Source of the DNA: Alphaproteobacteria bacterium
GTDB taxonomy: Bacteria > Pseudomonadota > Alphaproteobacteria > SP197
Assembly: GCA_965228895.1 (NCBI GenBank)
Contig: OZ245842.1
Coordinates: 5,280,001-5,344,000 of the forward strand
Length of the DNA stretch: 64,000 nt
Direction: 5' to 3'
Shown here: positions 1 to 10,151 of the stretch, in pieces
Numbering within the stretch: the stretch's first letter is position 1
Layout: each line of letters opens with the position of its first letter
Translations under genes and position numbers: made by a program
The notes under the pieces: model-generated
The model's input: only the letters and a program-made list of their open reading frames with translations
What the model was told of the DNA's origin: nothing
Databases searched by the model: none

Positions 1-35
1 GGCTGGGAAGCCGAACTGGAACGCTTCTTGCACTG

Positions 36-587
36 GTGGCACACATGTACCGAATTGCAACATGGTATCGAGAACGCGTACGGCGCTTGGTCAAAGACCG
101 CTCCGGTGTTGCCGCGATGGAGTTTGTTCTCGTGGCACCCGTTTTTTTCTTCCTGATCTTTGCCATTCTGGAGACGTCGCTGCTGTTCCTTACGGCAACT
201 GTGATGAACGGCGAGGTGTCAGCCGCAGCTCGTTCGATCCGTACGGGCAATCTGCAGATGGAAGACGAACCGGAAGACGCTTTCTATGAACTGCTTTGTT
301 CGAACCTCGACAACGTCCTGGATTGCGACAAGGTCATTGTCGATATCCGGACCTATGAGGACTTCGACGACATGACGTTCGACGAGTACTTGAACGAAGA
401 AGGCGAAGCCGAAGGCAACCAGTTCGACATCGGCGAGGCCGGCGAAGTGGTGTTGGTTCGTATCGCCTACAAGTATCAGATCATTACACCGTTCCTCGCC
501 AAGTTCCTGGTCCCGCCGGGTCAGGACACGCTCATGCTGCAGGCTGCGGCAGCGTTCCAGAACGAACCGTTCCAGAGCCTATTCTAG
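36..587 (+). CDS. TadE/TadG-family Flp pseudopilin
   Basis: Prepilin motif DRSG|VAAMEF followed by a hydrophobic helix and AAARSIRTG; C-terminal FQNEPF typical of alphaproteobacterial TadE-like proteins. Start may be the ATG at 45. Confidence 0.88.
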   Translation: MAHMYRIATWYRERVRRLVKDRSGVAAMEFVLVAPVFFFLIFAILETSLLFLTATVMNGEVSAAARSIRTGNLQMEDEPEDAFYELLCSNLDNVLDCDKVIVDIRTYEDFDDMTFDEYLNEEGEAEGNQFDIGEAGEVVLVRIAYKYQIITPFLAKFLVPPGQDTLMLQAAAAFQNEPFQSLF

Positions 588-598
588 GTGGAAGCGAC

Positions 599-1126
599 AT
601 GACAAAAACCAGCAGACTTTTGGCCCTTTGGCGCGACCGGCGCGGCGTCGCTGCATCGGAATTCGCGCTGATCCTGCCGGTCTTGATATTGCTTCTGTTT
701 GGCACAGCAGAGCTTGGGTACTTGCTCCTGTTGGATAAGAAGATTACCTCCGGCGCGCAGACAGCCGCTGACTTGGTTGCGCAACAGAAGTCTGTTTCAC
801 CCGGCGACGTCAACAACATCTTTCGCGCTGTTGACAGCATTCTTGAACCTTACACGTCAGTCGGCGCGGCCTATACCGTCGCCAGTCTGGTTGCCGATGA
901 TGACGGGACCGTCACGATCGATTGGCAGCGCAATCGTGGCGGCGAAGACATTGAAGAGCTTGAACTCCCCGAAGGTTTGTTGAGCGAAAACGACAGTGTC
1001 GTCGTTGCTCTGATTTCCTACAACTACAAGCCGGTGTTCGGTGAGCTGATCCTCGGGCCGTTCACCATCAGTGACATGGCTTATCTGCGCCCGCGCACCA
1101 CAATCGCGGTCGAACTCAACAATTAG
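599..1126 (+). CDS. TadE/TadF-like pseudopilin
   Basis: DRRG|VAASEFALILP motif, TAADLVAQ, C-terminal YLRPR; directly follows the first pseudopilin. Confidence 0.88.
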   Translation: MTKTSRLLALWRDRRGVAASEFALILPVLILLLFGTAELGYLLLLDKKITSGAQTAADLVAQQKSVSPGDVNNIFRAVDSILEPYTSVGAAYTVASLVADDDGTVTIDWQRNRGGEDIEELELPEGLLSENDSVVVALISYNYKPVFGELILGPFTISDMAYLRPRTTIAVELNN

Positions 1127-1140
1127 GCCAGTCAAATGCC

Positions 1141-2568
1141 ATGACCATTCCGATGACGAGTGCAACGGACGCACATAGACAGGATGAGATCATGCTTACT
1201 CACGACAAAGCGACAGTCTTAAGAAACTGGATGACGACGATGACTTGGTTTTGTTGGGTGCCGTGGCGGCACCTGGTCAAAGAGCGCTCTGGCGCCGTAG
1301 CCGTGGTCTTTGCCCTGGCGCTGGTGCCGCTCTGTCTGGCTGGCGGCGCCGCCATCGACATGGGCCGTGCTTACCTCGTTAAGTCTAGGCTGGGTTATGC
1401 GCTTGACGCTGCGGGATTGGCTGCTGGTGGCGCGACCGAGTTGAGCAACGACGAGCTTGAAGAACTGATGTTGTCCTATTTCGAGGCGAACTACCCGGCC
1501 CAGGAGATGGGTGTCGCGGCCGAGCCTGAGATGGACATCTCGGATGATGAAGTCCGGCTAAGCGCGACGGCGACACTCAATACGACACTGATGAGTGTCG
1601 TCGGCATTGATGACATCACGGTTTCCGCGACAACGATCATCGTTCGCGAGTCGAAAGGTCTTGAAGTCGCGCTGGTGCTCGACAACACAGGCTCCATGGG
1701 CACCACGAAGATGAACAATCTGAAGAGTGCGGCACGAAGCTTCCTGGACATTCTGTTTGGCACCAATGCCGAGAGCGACCTGCTCTACATCTCCGTCGTG
1801 CCGTTTGCCGGATCAGTCAACGTCGACACCGGCTTTGGTCACCTCAACAGCGATTATGATGCCGATGACTTTTCGCCGGACTTCTGGCGCGGCTGTGTCA
1901 TGGCGCGTGACAACGGCGAGGACCAGACCGATATGGCGCCGACGAGTGACCCGCTTCGCTGGGAGGCGTACTTGCGCCCGTCCGGTTCCGGTAACTGGTG
2001 GCCGCCAATTTCGGGTAGCTTTGGCCAGGTGAGAGGTCCGAACAAGGACTGCCCGCGGCCTCTACTGGAACTGACTAACGTCAAGAGCACGGTCGAGAAC
2101 AAGATCAATTCGATGCAGTCGCGTGGCATCACGCACATCAACTTTGGTCTGGTTTGGGGCTGGCGCACGCTGTCGAACACCGAGCCGTTCACGACGGCGA
2201 CTGAATATGATGACGACGAGTTTGAGAAAGCCATTGTGCTCATGACCGATGGCGAGAATTACATCGGGTCGTCGTCCTATGGTGCTTACGGTCGCATCTC
2301 CGATGGCAATTTGGGTACGACGTGGAGTTCGAGCACGGCCATCGCCCAGCTGAACCTGCGCACCACGGCTGTCTGCAACGCCGTCAAGGCACAGGGCATC
2401 ATAGTCTACACCATCACGTTCCAGGTCAGTTCCAGCACGGTCAGGAATCTGATGCGCAATTGTGCGACGGATGAGAGCAACTACTTTGACTCGCCCGACG
2501 CGGCCACGCTTGAAGCCTCGTTCCGCGAGATTGGCCGCGAGCTCAGTAACCTGCGTATCGGTGGCTAA
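1141..2568 (+). CDS. tadG: TadG-like pilus-associated protein with vWA domain
   Basis: ERSG|AVAVVFAL leader, ALDAAGLA, vWA MIDAS-type LVLDNTGSM and VLMTDGEN. True start is probably a downstream ATG. Confidence 0.85.
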   Translation: MTIPMTSATDAHRQDEIMLTHDKATVLRNWMTTMTWFCWVPWRHLVKERSGAVAVVFALALVPLCLAGGAAIDMGRAYLVKSRLGYALDAAGLAAGGATELSNDELEELMLSYFEANYPAQEMGVAAEPEMDISDDEVRLSATATLNTTLMSVVGIDDITVSATTIIVRESKGLEVALVLDNTGSMGTTKMNNLKSAARSFLDILFGTNAESDLLYISVVPFAGSVNVDTGFGHLNSDYDADDFSPDFWRGCVMARDNGEDQTDMAPTSDPLRWEAYLRPSGSGNWWPPISGSFGQVRGPNKDCPRPLLELTNVKSTVENKINSMQSRGITHINFGLVWGWRTLSNTEPFTTATEYDDDEFEKAIVLMTDGENYIGSSSYGAYGRISDGNLGTTWSSSTAIAQLNLRTTAVCNAVKAQGIIVYTITFQVSSSTVRNLMRNCATDESNYFDSPDAATLEASFREIGRELSNLRIGG

Positions 2569-2613
2569 GTGATCTCCCGCGGCCTAGGCCGCAAACAAGG
2601 GGCGCAGACAGTT

Positions 2614-2646
2614 CAGCGGGCCGCAATGTATGCGGCCCGCTGTTTC
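2614..2646 (+). terminator. Stem-loop after tadG (probable terminator)
   Basis: CAGCGGGCCGCA-atgta-TGCGGCCCGCTG, 12-bp stem followed by TTT, between convergent genes. Confidence 0.55.
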
Positions 2647-2854
2647 AATGGCAGGCAGGTGCTGGACAATGGTGCCCGACGGGCGTGCGTTAGAGATTTT
2701 GCGGCCCGCAAGGCACTAGGGCATATGGCAAGTCGTCGCCTGCCGGATCAAAGAATCACCACCGGATGCGCTGACGCAACCGTGTGGTGCCACGCATCGG
2801 CCTCTCGCAGAAAGGTCGGCCGGCAAATACCCAGAAAGAATTGAAACTCGTCGC

Positions 2855-3358
2855 CTAGTTGGTGGCGTCCGTGGCGGTCTCCGCAGCGGCATCGCTACCA
2901 CCGGTTCCCGTAATCACCGACGTTGTGGGCGTCGCGCCAGTCGCCGCGCTTGCTGAAGCGGCTGTGCCGGCCGCCGCGAGCTCGGGCACGTTGGTCACGA
3001 CGCACCGTGGCGAACAGCTATAGGTCAGTTCCACGGCATTGCGGTTCACCGTGACTTCGTGATTGTTGTTCGGTGTCACCAACAGATCGGCGTTGATGAC
3101 CTCTTTGCCGTTCGCATCAAGAATGAACAAGCCGGTCTGGCCCGGTGCTCGGCCGACGACAAAAAGAAGCCGGGGGGACTCAACGACCACGTCGGCAATC
3201 GCCGGGTTGGCGATGTGGACAATCTGTGCGTCCGCCTCAAGTCTAATAATTTCGGCCTGATTCACCTCGACCCGAATTGTCTCAGCATTTGCGGCGGTAA
3301 AGGCGGCGCCCACCAAATAAACGGCGACACCGACTGCGACGGGGAACTTCATCATCAT
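2855..3358 (-). CDS. Pilus assembly protein with secretin N-terminal-like (T2SS-T3SS_pil_N) domain
   Basis: Signal peptide (ANA|E), IANPAIADV..L.VVGRAPGQTGLFILD, and YSCSPRC; Ala/Thr-rich tail. Confidence 0.8.
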   Translation of the reverse strand: MMMKFPVAVGVAVYLVGAAFTAANAETIRVEVNQAEIIRLEADAQIVHIANPAIADVVVESPRLLFVVGRAPGQTGLFILDANGKEVINADLLVTPNNNHEVTVNRNAVELTYSCSPRCVVTNVPELAAAGTAASASAATGATPTTSVITGTGGSDAAAETATDATN

Positions 3359-3467
3359 TGCGTTCTTTCCCGGAGTTCTGCCGATCTGCGCTAGAGGCAG
3401 GAAATACCTGAATCCATTCAGAATTATACCGTTTTATTGCCGCGAGGTCACCGATTCGCTTTGATCG

Positions 3468-5036
3468 GTGGATAACTCGCTTGATATAGTGACAGCGGCT
3501 ACTCATCGCAGACTCTGGGTAGGGGAAGGACCTATTTCGACACGTCGACTCGCCTTGGCGAAGGGCCAACGTTGCGTAGCAGTGGCTGGTGCAACAGCCA
3601 TTGGTCTGGTGCTGGCGTCGTGCGAAACGCTGACGAGCCAGAGCCTAAGCGCGAACAACGCGAGCACGGAGCCCACGACAGATACGGAAGTCAAAATTTC
3701 CGATTCCTTCCTTTCCGCGGCACGTGCTTCGGAAAGTGCAGGCGATTACCTGAGCGCCGCCGGCTATTGGCAGAGTCTTCTCGATCGCGATCCATCTGAC
3801 CTCGAGGCAGCGGTTGGCCTGGCGGACAACTTGCGGCGCCTGGGCCAGTACGGCTACGCCATAAACGTTCTGAACGACGCGCTGGGCTACCATCCCGACG
3901 ATCCCCGGCTGCTCAGTCTCCTCGGTCGTGCTCTGGTGGCAGAAGGCAATGCGACGGCGGCGCTTGACCCGCTGCAGCGGTCGGTCGCGATCGACCCCGG
4001 CATATGGGAGACCCAGGCTGCCCTCGCGGTCGCTTACGGCATGCTAGGTGAGCTGGCCAGGTCGAACGAGGCCAACATGCGCGCACTCGCGGCGTCGCCC
4101 GATAATCCCAAGGTCCTGAACAACATGGGCCTGCAGGCCGCGATGCAGGGCGATCTGGACGGTGCGATCGAACTTCTTGAGCGCGCCAGCCGGGGTGACG
4201 AAGCGGACTCGAAAATTCGTCTGAATCTGGCTCTTTTGCTGGCCTACCGCGGCGACATTGATGAGGCCGAGGGTTTGGTGCGTGAGGAATTGAGTGGCGA
4301 AGAGGCAGAGCAGAACATCGCTTTCTTCCGATCGCTGGCCGGCAACGATCTGCAGAACCTTGAGGAGCTGGTCGCGCGATCAAATCTTGATGTCGAAGCC
4401 CAGCCGCTGCCACCGGTCGATGATGGCGGATCGATTGTCTTGAGTCAGCCGGATGTGGCGGTTCAGCCGACCCAGGCATCGACGCAGATCGTCGAACCCG
4501 TCGAGGAAGTCGTGGTGCCGGCTGTGGAGATCGTTGACGTCGAGCCGGCGCCAGTGGTCGAGCCACCGGACGGCGATACGACGGTCGAGGCGCCGGCGAC
4601 GGATGTCGTGACGATGTCCTATGACGATCAGCTTGACGATCTGTCGTCGGCGGAAGCGGGGCGCGATAGCGATGAGTTCGTTTTGCCGCCCGAGACGATC
4701 GTGACCACATCGACTACGGAAGAGACCGTTCTTCAAATAGAAGAAGACGTGCAACCCGCAGGGGGGGCGGAGGCCATTGCTGTCGCGCCCGAGGTCGAAC
4801 CGGAACCGGAACCGGAGGCGGCAGCAATCGATACCGCTTCCACCAGCGACGACGACCTGTCTATCCTGGAAATGATTGGCTCGATTACCGCACCAACGCC
4901 AGGCGAGGGCGGCAGTGGAAGCGCGGCCGATGGGGCACGCTCCAACTCTCGCGATGGTGACCTGCCGACCGATAATGTCTTCGACTTACAGTACTTCGAA
5001 TCATCCGACGAAGCTGAGCCGACCTCGAACGAATAG
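3468..5036 (+). CDS. tadD: TadD-like TPR lipoprotein with long acidic C-terminal extension
   Basis: Lipobox LVLASC, several TPRs (LNNMGL, KIRLNLALLLAYRGD..EAE), convergent with tadC. Start codon uncertain, likely downstream of 3468. Confidence 0.8.
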   Translation: MDNSLDIVTAATHRRLWVGEGPISTRRLALAKGQRCVAVAGATAIGLVLASCETLTSQSLSANNASTEPTTDTEVKISDSFLSAARASESAGDYLSAAGYWQSLLDRDPSDLEAAVGLADNLRRLGQYGYAINVLNDALGYHPDDPRLLSLLGRALVAEGNATAALDPLQRSVAIDPGIWETQAALAVAYGMLGELARSNEANMRALAASPDNPKVLNNMGLQAAMQGDLDGAIELLERASRGDEADSKIRLNLALLLAYRGDIDEAEGLVREELSGEEAEQNIAFFRSLAGNDLQNLEELVARSNLDVEAQPLPPVDDGGSIVLSQPDVAVQPTQASTQIVEPVEEVVVPAVEIVDVEPAPVVEPPDGDTTVEAPATDVVTMSYDDQLDDLSSAEAGRDSDEFVLPPETIVTTSTTEETVLQIEEDVQPAGGAEAIAVAPEVEPEPEPEAAAIDTASTSDDDLSILEMIGSITAPTPGEGGSGSAADGARSNSRDGDLPTDNVFDLQYFESSDEAEPTSNE

Positions 5037-5137
5037 CTCTAGATGATGAACCGGTGAACCGGCACTTGGATTGCCTGTGTCCAGAAACTACGCAGAGCAG
5101 GTTGTAGAAGGACTAGCTCAGCTGTGACCGCTTTGCT

Positions 5138-6103
5138 TCATTTGTCCGAGAACGTTGCTACCACCTGGATGATGGCAGGACCGATCAGGACGATGAAAAG
5201 CACGGGCAAGAAGAACAGAATCATTGGAACGGTCAGCGCGGCGGGCAACGAGCCGGCCTTCTGTTCGGCGCGCGCCATGCGTTCATCGCGATTTTCGCGG
5301 CTCAGCACTCTAAGGGCTACACCCAAAGGCGTACCGTACTTCTCTGACTGGAGCAGCGATACCGTAAGGGCGCGGACAGGTTCGGCGCCGGTACGCGCGG
5401 CAAGGTTCTCAAGGGCACGCCGACGATCTCCAAGATAGGCAAGCTCGGCGGTCGTCAGAGCATACTCCTCAGCGAGGATCGGCGAGATATCGCCAATTTC
5501 CTGCGAGATCCGAGTCAAAGCCGCTTCAAGTGAAATGCCCGCCTCGACGCAGATCACCATCAAATCCAGTGAGTCCGGAAAAGCTCTGATGATCTGTTGT
5601 TGGCGTTTCTTCGCGGTGTTCGCCACCAAGATGCCTGGAATAAAATAGCCAAACGTTGCCGCCAGGCCGCAGATGAGTAGCTTGAGAAGCGGATCGAGTT
5701 CCAGGTTTTTGGACGAGAAGACCAACAGCGCGGCAACCGATGCAAAGACGATCGGCAGCGCAATGCGCATAAACAGGTAGACGACGATGGGGCCTTGACC
5801 GCGGAAACCGGCTTGCATGAGTTTCATGCGCAGCTCGGGCGACCGTGCTTTTTCGATGAGGTTGAGGCGCTTGAGGACCTCGCTCATCCAACCGGCATGT
5901 CGTTGCCGATGCCGCAGGCTAGCCTGTTGCGTCTTCGCGAATCTCTGACGTTGGGCCGACTGCAACTCCTCGCGTCGACGCGAAACGGATTTGAGTCGGC
6001 TGCCGAAGCTGTCACGCTCCAGAAACGGCAGCGCGATTGCCATGATGGCGATGAACGCACCGAATGTGGACAGCACTATGATGATATTCTGGGTCGATAA
6101 CAT
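5138..6103 (-). CDS. tadC: Tad inner-membrane platform protein TadC (T2SSF family)
   Basis: FPDSLDLMVICVEAGISLE, QSEKYGTPL, LTVPMILFFLP. Confidence 0.93.
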   Translation of the reverse strand: MLSTQNIIIVLSTFGAFIAIMAIALPFLERDSFGSRLKSVSRRREELQSAQRQRFAKTQQASLRHRQRHAGWMSEVLKRLNLIEKARSPELRMKLMQAGFRGQGPIVVYLFMRIALPIVFASVAALLVFSSKNLELDPLLKLLICGLAATFGYFIPGILVANTAKKRQQQIIRAFPDSLDLMVICVEAGISLEAALTRISQEIGDISPILAEEYALTTAELAYLGDRRRALENLAARTGAEPVRALTVSLLQSEKYGTPLGVALRVLSRENRDERMARAEQKAGSLPAALTVPMILFFLPVLFIVLIGPAIIQVVATFSDK

Positions 6104-6228
6104 GACTGGCCTAGGTGGTTACCCTATAGGCGTCGGCGCGAAAGCCGGTTGCCCATGTGGAACCACTCTGGTGCATGCGCGGGAGACAACTTGCCTCACG
6201 ATTCAAAGCGGCCTGGCCGTAAGTGGTC

Positions 6229-7221
6229 CTAGATTTCAAAGGAGATCATCCTCCACATGATAAACGTGCCCATCGCGATCAGGGTCGCTCCGCCTGCCAT
6301 CATGTAGTTGCCGAGATCTTCGGTCCACAACAGAGCAATGTACTCGAAACTCGTTAGCGTCATGATGCCGGCCATGCAAAACGGAAGAGATCCGATGATC
6401 ATCGCTGTGGTCCGCGCTTCAGACGTTATCGAGCGGACGGTGTCGGCCATCTTCTTGCGTTCTCTCAACACGCTCGACAAACCTGAGAGTGTCTCGGCGA
6501 GGTTGCTGCCGGTTTGTTGCTGGATGGCAAGGACAATCGCAAAGAACCGATACTCCATTGTCGGAATACGACGAAGGCCGCGTTCCATCACTTCTTCTAG
6601 GGGCCTGCCGACCTTGATGCCCTCGACCAATTGATCAAACTCAGTACACACCGGTTCTGGCGTCTCACGCGCGATAATGCGCAAACACTCGTTCACCGGC
6701 AGGCCGGAACGAACGCCGCGCACAATAACATCAACAGCGTTGGCGAAGTGTTTCGTAAACAGCTTCTGTCGCTTCTTCGCCTTACGCTTCATGTAAAGGC
6801 GCGGCAGGCCAAGAAAAGCAAAAAGCGCCACAGGGACTGCGCCCCAATAAGTGTAGCCCAGCGCGAGATAAACACCGGTGACAACCAAAGCAAAGAGCGC
6901 GCTGAAGAGGTAGAACCTCTTAACGGTCAGGTTCGAACCCGCCTGCAACAGGAGGTCTGCCATTGCCTGTTTGCGCGCGGTCTGTTTGCGCTGATCTTCC
7001 AGCTCCTTGATTTTGCCCTGGATCTGGCGGCGTCGCGCGACGGACGTGTCTTTGCCGCCGCCCCGTTGCCGGCGTTCACGTTGGGCGGCGCCCGTTACCA
7101 TGGCAAGGCGTCTACGGTAGTTGGCCTGGCTTGCACGGGCCACAAAAATACCGCCGCCGACAATGACCGTCAAAAGCAGCAAGGAGCCGACAACAATGAT
7201 CATCAGGACGGTATCGTTCAT
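6229..7221 (-). CDS. tadB: Tad inner-membrane platform protein TadB (T2SSF family)
   Basis: AVDVIVRGVRSGLP, IQQQTGSNLAETL, SEARTTAMIIGSLP; start overlaps cpaF stop (ATGA). Confidence 0.93.
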   Translation of the reverse strand: MNDTVLMIIVVGSLLLLTVIVGGGIFVARASQANYRRRLAMVTGAAQRERRQRGGGKDTSVARRRQIQGKIKELEDQRKQTARKQAMADLLLQAGSNLTVKRFYLFSALFALVVTGVYLALGYTYWGAVPVALFAFLGLPRLYMKRKAKKRQKLFTKHFANAVDVIVRGVRSGLPVNECLRIIARETPEPVCTEFDQLVEGIKVGRPLEEVMERGLRRIPTMEYRFFAIVLAIQQQTGSNLAETLSGLSSVLRERKKMADTVRSITSEARTTAMIIGSLPFCMAGIMTLTSFEYIALLWTEDLGNYMMAGGATLIAMGTFIMWRMISFEI

Positions 7222-8909
7222 TCGACTGCCAACTCCTGAAGCGCTTCAACCAATTCCTGCTCCTTACCGAAGTATCGCACACGGTCGTAGAAATTCGGCC
7301 GCAAGCCCGTGTACTTGTGGCGGCCCACGATACGACCGTCATTCGTCTCGCCTTCGAAGTCGAAAACGATGATGTCCTGCAAGGTGATGACATCACCTTC
7401 CATGCCGATCACTTCGGTGATGTGGGTAATCTTGCGCGAGCCGTCGCGTAAGCGGGTTGCCTGAATAATCACGTTGACGGAGCCGGCAATCTGCTCACGC
7501 ACGGTCTTGGCGGGTAGGCTATAGCCGCTCATCGCGATCATGTTTTCAATACGGCTAAGACATTCGCGCGGGTTGTTGGCGTGGATCGTGCCCATCGAAC
7601 CGTCATGGCCGGTGTTCATGGCCTGCAGCAGGTCGAAGGCCTCCTTGCCACGAACCTCGCCGACGATAATGCGTTCGGGCCGCATACGCAGGCAGTTCTT
7701 GACCAGGTCCGTCATCGTGACCTCGCCGATGCCTTCCAGGTTCGGCGGGCGTGTTTCCAGACGCACGACATGCGGCTGCTGCAATTGCAGCTCAGCAGCA
7801 TCCTCGCACGTGATGATACGTTCATCACCGGCGATGTAACGTGTCAGGCAGTTCAGCAGCGTCGTCTTGCCGGAACCCGTGCCACCGGACACCAGTGTGT
7901 TGATACGGCAATGGCCGATCAGTTTGATGATGTTGGCGCCGGCCGGCGAAATCGAATCGAAATCGACCAAATTGTCCAGGGTCAGACGGTCGCGCTTGAA
8001 CTTACGAATTGTGAGGGCGGCACCGTCGATCGCCAGTGGTGGCGCAATGACGTTGACGCGGCTGCCGTCTAGCAAACGCGCGTCGCAGATCGGACTCGCT
8101 TCGTCGACCCGTCGACCGACCGCGCTAACAATGCGCTGACAGATGTTCATGAGTTGCGCGTTGTCGCGGAAACGGATTGGCGTCAGCTCAATCTTGCCGT
8201 CGACCTCGATGTAGATCTTGTTGGGGCCGTTCACCATGATGTCGGCGATATCGTCGCGCGCGATCAGCGGCTCCAGCGGTCCCAGACCCAGAATATCGTT
8301 ACAGATATCCTCGATCAGATGCTGCTGCTCGGCGGCGCTCAGGACCAGAGCCTTCATGCTGACGATTTCGCTGACCACGTCGCCGATTTCTTCGCGCACG
8401 GTGGCGGCGGGCATCTTGGCCAGCTCGGTCAAGTCGACCGATTCGATCAGCGTATTGAAGACGCTGACCTTGGTATCGTTATGGCGCGCTTCCTCTTCCG
8501 GCGTCATCGTCGGCGCCATGCTGGTCGGCGTGACGCCCCGCCAGTCGACTTCCCTTTCCGGCTCGGGCTTCGGTTCTGAATTTGATTTTGTCGACGGTTT
8601 GGCGTTGGGTTTCGCGGGTTTTTCGGCGACCTCCGACGTAACGTCAGCAATCGGCGTCATATCGATGTCGTCGGGCGCATCTGCGGGCGACGTCTCGCTG
8701 GGCAGGCCGTCCGTCATTTCGCCCAACAGAGCGTCGTCAACCGCTTCACGCGCAACAACCTCATCCGTTTCGACGACGGTTAGCGCGGGTTTTGCCTCGA
8801 TAGGTGCAGATTCAGCCTGCACTTTTGGCTTCGGCATGCCACGAGGCTGCTCATCGACAGCCGGTGGTGGCGCCTTCTTATCGGGTGGGCCTTGTCTGCG
8901 ACCAAACAC
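7218..8909 (-). CDS. cpaF: Tad pilus assembly ATPase CpaF/TadA
   Basis: Walker [47 protein letters not shown]; Pro/Glu-rich N-terminal extension. Confidence 0.96.
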   Translation of the reverse strand: MFGRRQGPPDKKAPPPAVDEQPRGMPKPKVQAESAPIEAKPALTVVETDEVVAREAVDDALLGEMTDGLPSETSPADAPDDIDMTPIADVTSEVAEKPAKPNAKPSTKSNSEPKPEPEREVDWRGVTPTSMAPTMTPEEEARHNDTKVSVFNTLIESVDLTELAKMPAATVREEIGDVVSEIVSMKALVLSAAEQQHLIEDICNDILGLGPLEPLIARDDIADIMVNGPNKIYIEVDGKIELTPIRFRDNAQLMNICQRIVSAVGRRVDEASPICDARLLDGSRVNVIAPPLAIDGAALTIRKFKRDRLTLDNLVDFDSISPAGANIIKLIGHCRINTLVSGGTGSGKTTLLNCLTRYIAGDERIITCEDAAELQLQQPHVVRLETRPPNLEGIGEVTMTDLVKNCLRMRPERIIVGEVRGKEAFDLLQAMNTGHDGSMGTIHANNPRECLSRIENMIAMSGYSLPAKTVREQIAGSVNVIIQATRLRDGSRKITHITEVIGMEGDVITLQDIIVFDFEGETNDGRIVGRHKYTGLRPNFYDRVRYFGKEQELVEALQELAVE

Positions 8910-8921
8910 GTGGTGCTTTCC

Positions 8922-10121
8922 TTAGGCTTTTTCCTTGTTAAACAGGTTCAAGCCCCCCATGCCCCTTTTGCGCTTCTTAAGCGCTGTTGCGGTGCGTCCT
9001 GTAACGAGCATCGCCAATTCCCCGAACACCTCTACTGCCTTATGTTTACCGCTCGCCTCTCCGATCATCTGACCGTTGTTCAGCGCTTCGCCGAACACCG
9101 TGGGATCATGGGGCAAGACAGCAACTGGCTTGCTGCCGACAGCTTCCTCAAACTCTTTCACCGGCACTTCCGTCTTCTTCGACGCGCCGGCGTGGTTCAG
9201 CACAACACGCACTTTGCTGTCCTCACCGCGACGTGCCTCCACGGCTTCGACAATGTTCTTTGTGTCGCGTAGTGCTGCCAAATCAAGTGTACCGACAATA
9301 ACAGTTTCGTCGGAATCGACCAACAGCTGCTGCACCCAGGCCGACCACATGTGCGGGATGTCCAGCACGACAAAGGCAGCTTGCTGGCGGACGAAACTTA
9401 AGACTTGTTCAAGCGCATCGCCGTCAATATCCGCGACGTTGCCGAGAGATGAGCGCGATCCAAGAATACCGACATGTTCGTTGTGCTGCAGAACAAACCG
9501 CTGATAGAGCTGTTCATCGACACGTTCAGGTGCGGCCAGCATGTCTTCGATGCCTTGGCTTACTTCTTGGTTGTAGGCAAAGGCGGCCGTGCCAAAACAA
9601 AGGTCAAGGTCGACGACGACGACGTCCTCGTTCAGGTCGTTGCCAATCGACCACGCGACGTTGTGCGCGACCGTACTCGACCCGACACCACCTTCGGCGC
9701 CGAAGACGGCAATTGTCTTGCCCATCATCGGCGCGTTGGGATCGACAAAGATACGCTCGACCGCGTCGATGAATGCTCCGATCGTCAGGGGCCGCAACAG
9801 ATAGTCCGACACACCACTGGTGATCAGCGATCGGTATTGAACGATATCGTTTTGCGCGCCAACCAGAAGCACGTGGGTGCCGGCATCACAGTTTTCCGCG
9901 AGTTGATCGAGCTTGCGCAGGAGATCGTCACCTGAATCCTCAGTTTCCGCGAGAATGAGCTGCGGTGTTGGGGATTCGCCATAATACGCTGTCGCCTCAT
10001 CGAGAGAGCCCTCGAACACGTCAATACGGCTCTTCTGTAGCCGGCGATCCTGAGCTGACCTCTCAACAGTCTCCCGGGTTTCCGGGTCCGTCAGGAACGC
10101 GTTGATGGAAACGCGAAGTAT
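8922..10121 (-). CDS. cpaE: CpaE/TadZ pilus localisation protein (receiver-like plus MinD-like); probable ATA start at 10121
   Basis: GAEGGVGSSTVAHN deviant Walker A, VVDLDL.FGTA, LDIPH. The frame is open upstream of the GTG at 10019 and encodes a CpaE-like N-terminus (LRVSINAF...AQDRRLQKS); AGGAG lies 7 nt before ATA. Confidence 0.88.
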   Translation of the reverse strand: MLRVSINAFLTDPETRETVERSAQDRRLQKSRIDVFEGSLDEATAYYGESPTPQLILAETEDSGDDLLRKLDQLAENCDAGTHVLLVGAQNDIVQYRSLITSGVSDYLLRPLTIGAFIDAVERIFVDPNAPMMGKTIAVFGAEGGVGSSTVAHNVAWSIGNDLNEDVVVVDLDLCFGTAAFAYNQEVSQGIEDMLAAPERVDEQLYQRFVLQHNEHVGILGSRSSLGNVADIDGDALEQVLSFVRQQAAFVVLDIPHMWSAWVQQLLVDSDETVIVGTLDLAALRDTKNIVEAVEARRGEDSKVRVVLNHAGASKKTEVPVKEFEEAVGSKPVAVLPHDPTVFGEALNNGQMIGEASGKHKAVEVFGELAMLVTGRTATALKKRKRGMGGLNLFNKEKA

Positions 10122-10151
10122 GGTCTGTCTCCTCTTGTTCTCAGTCGGTTG

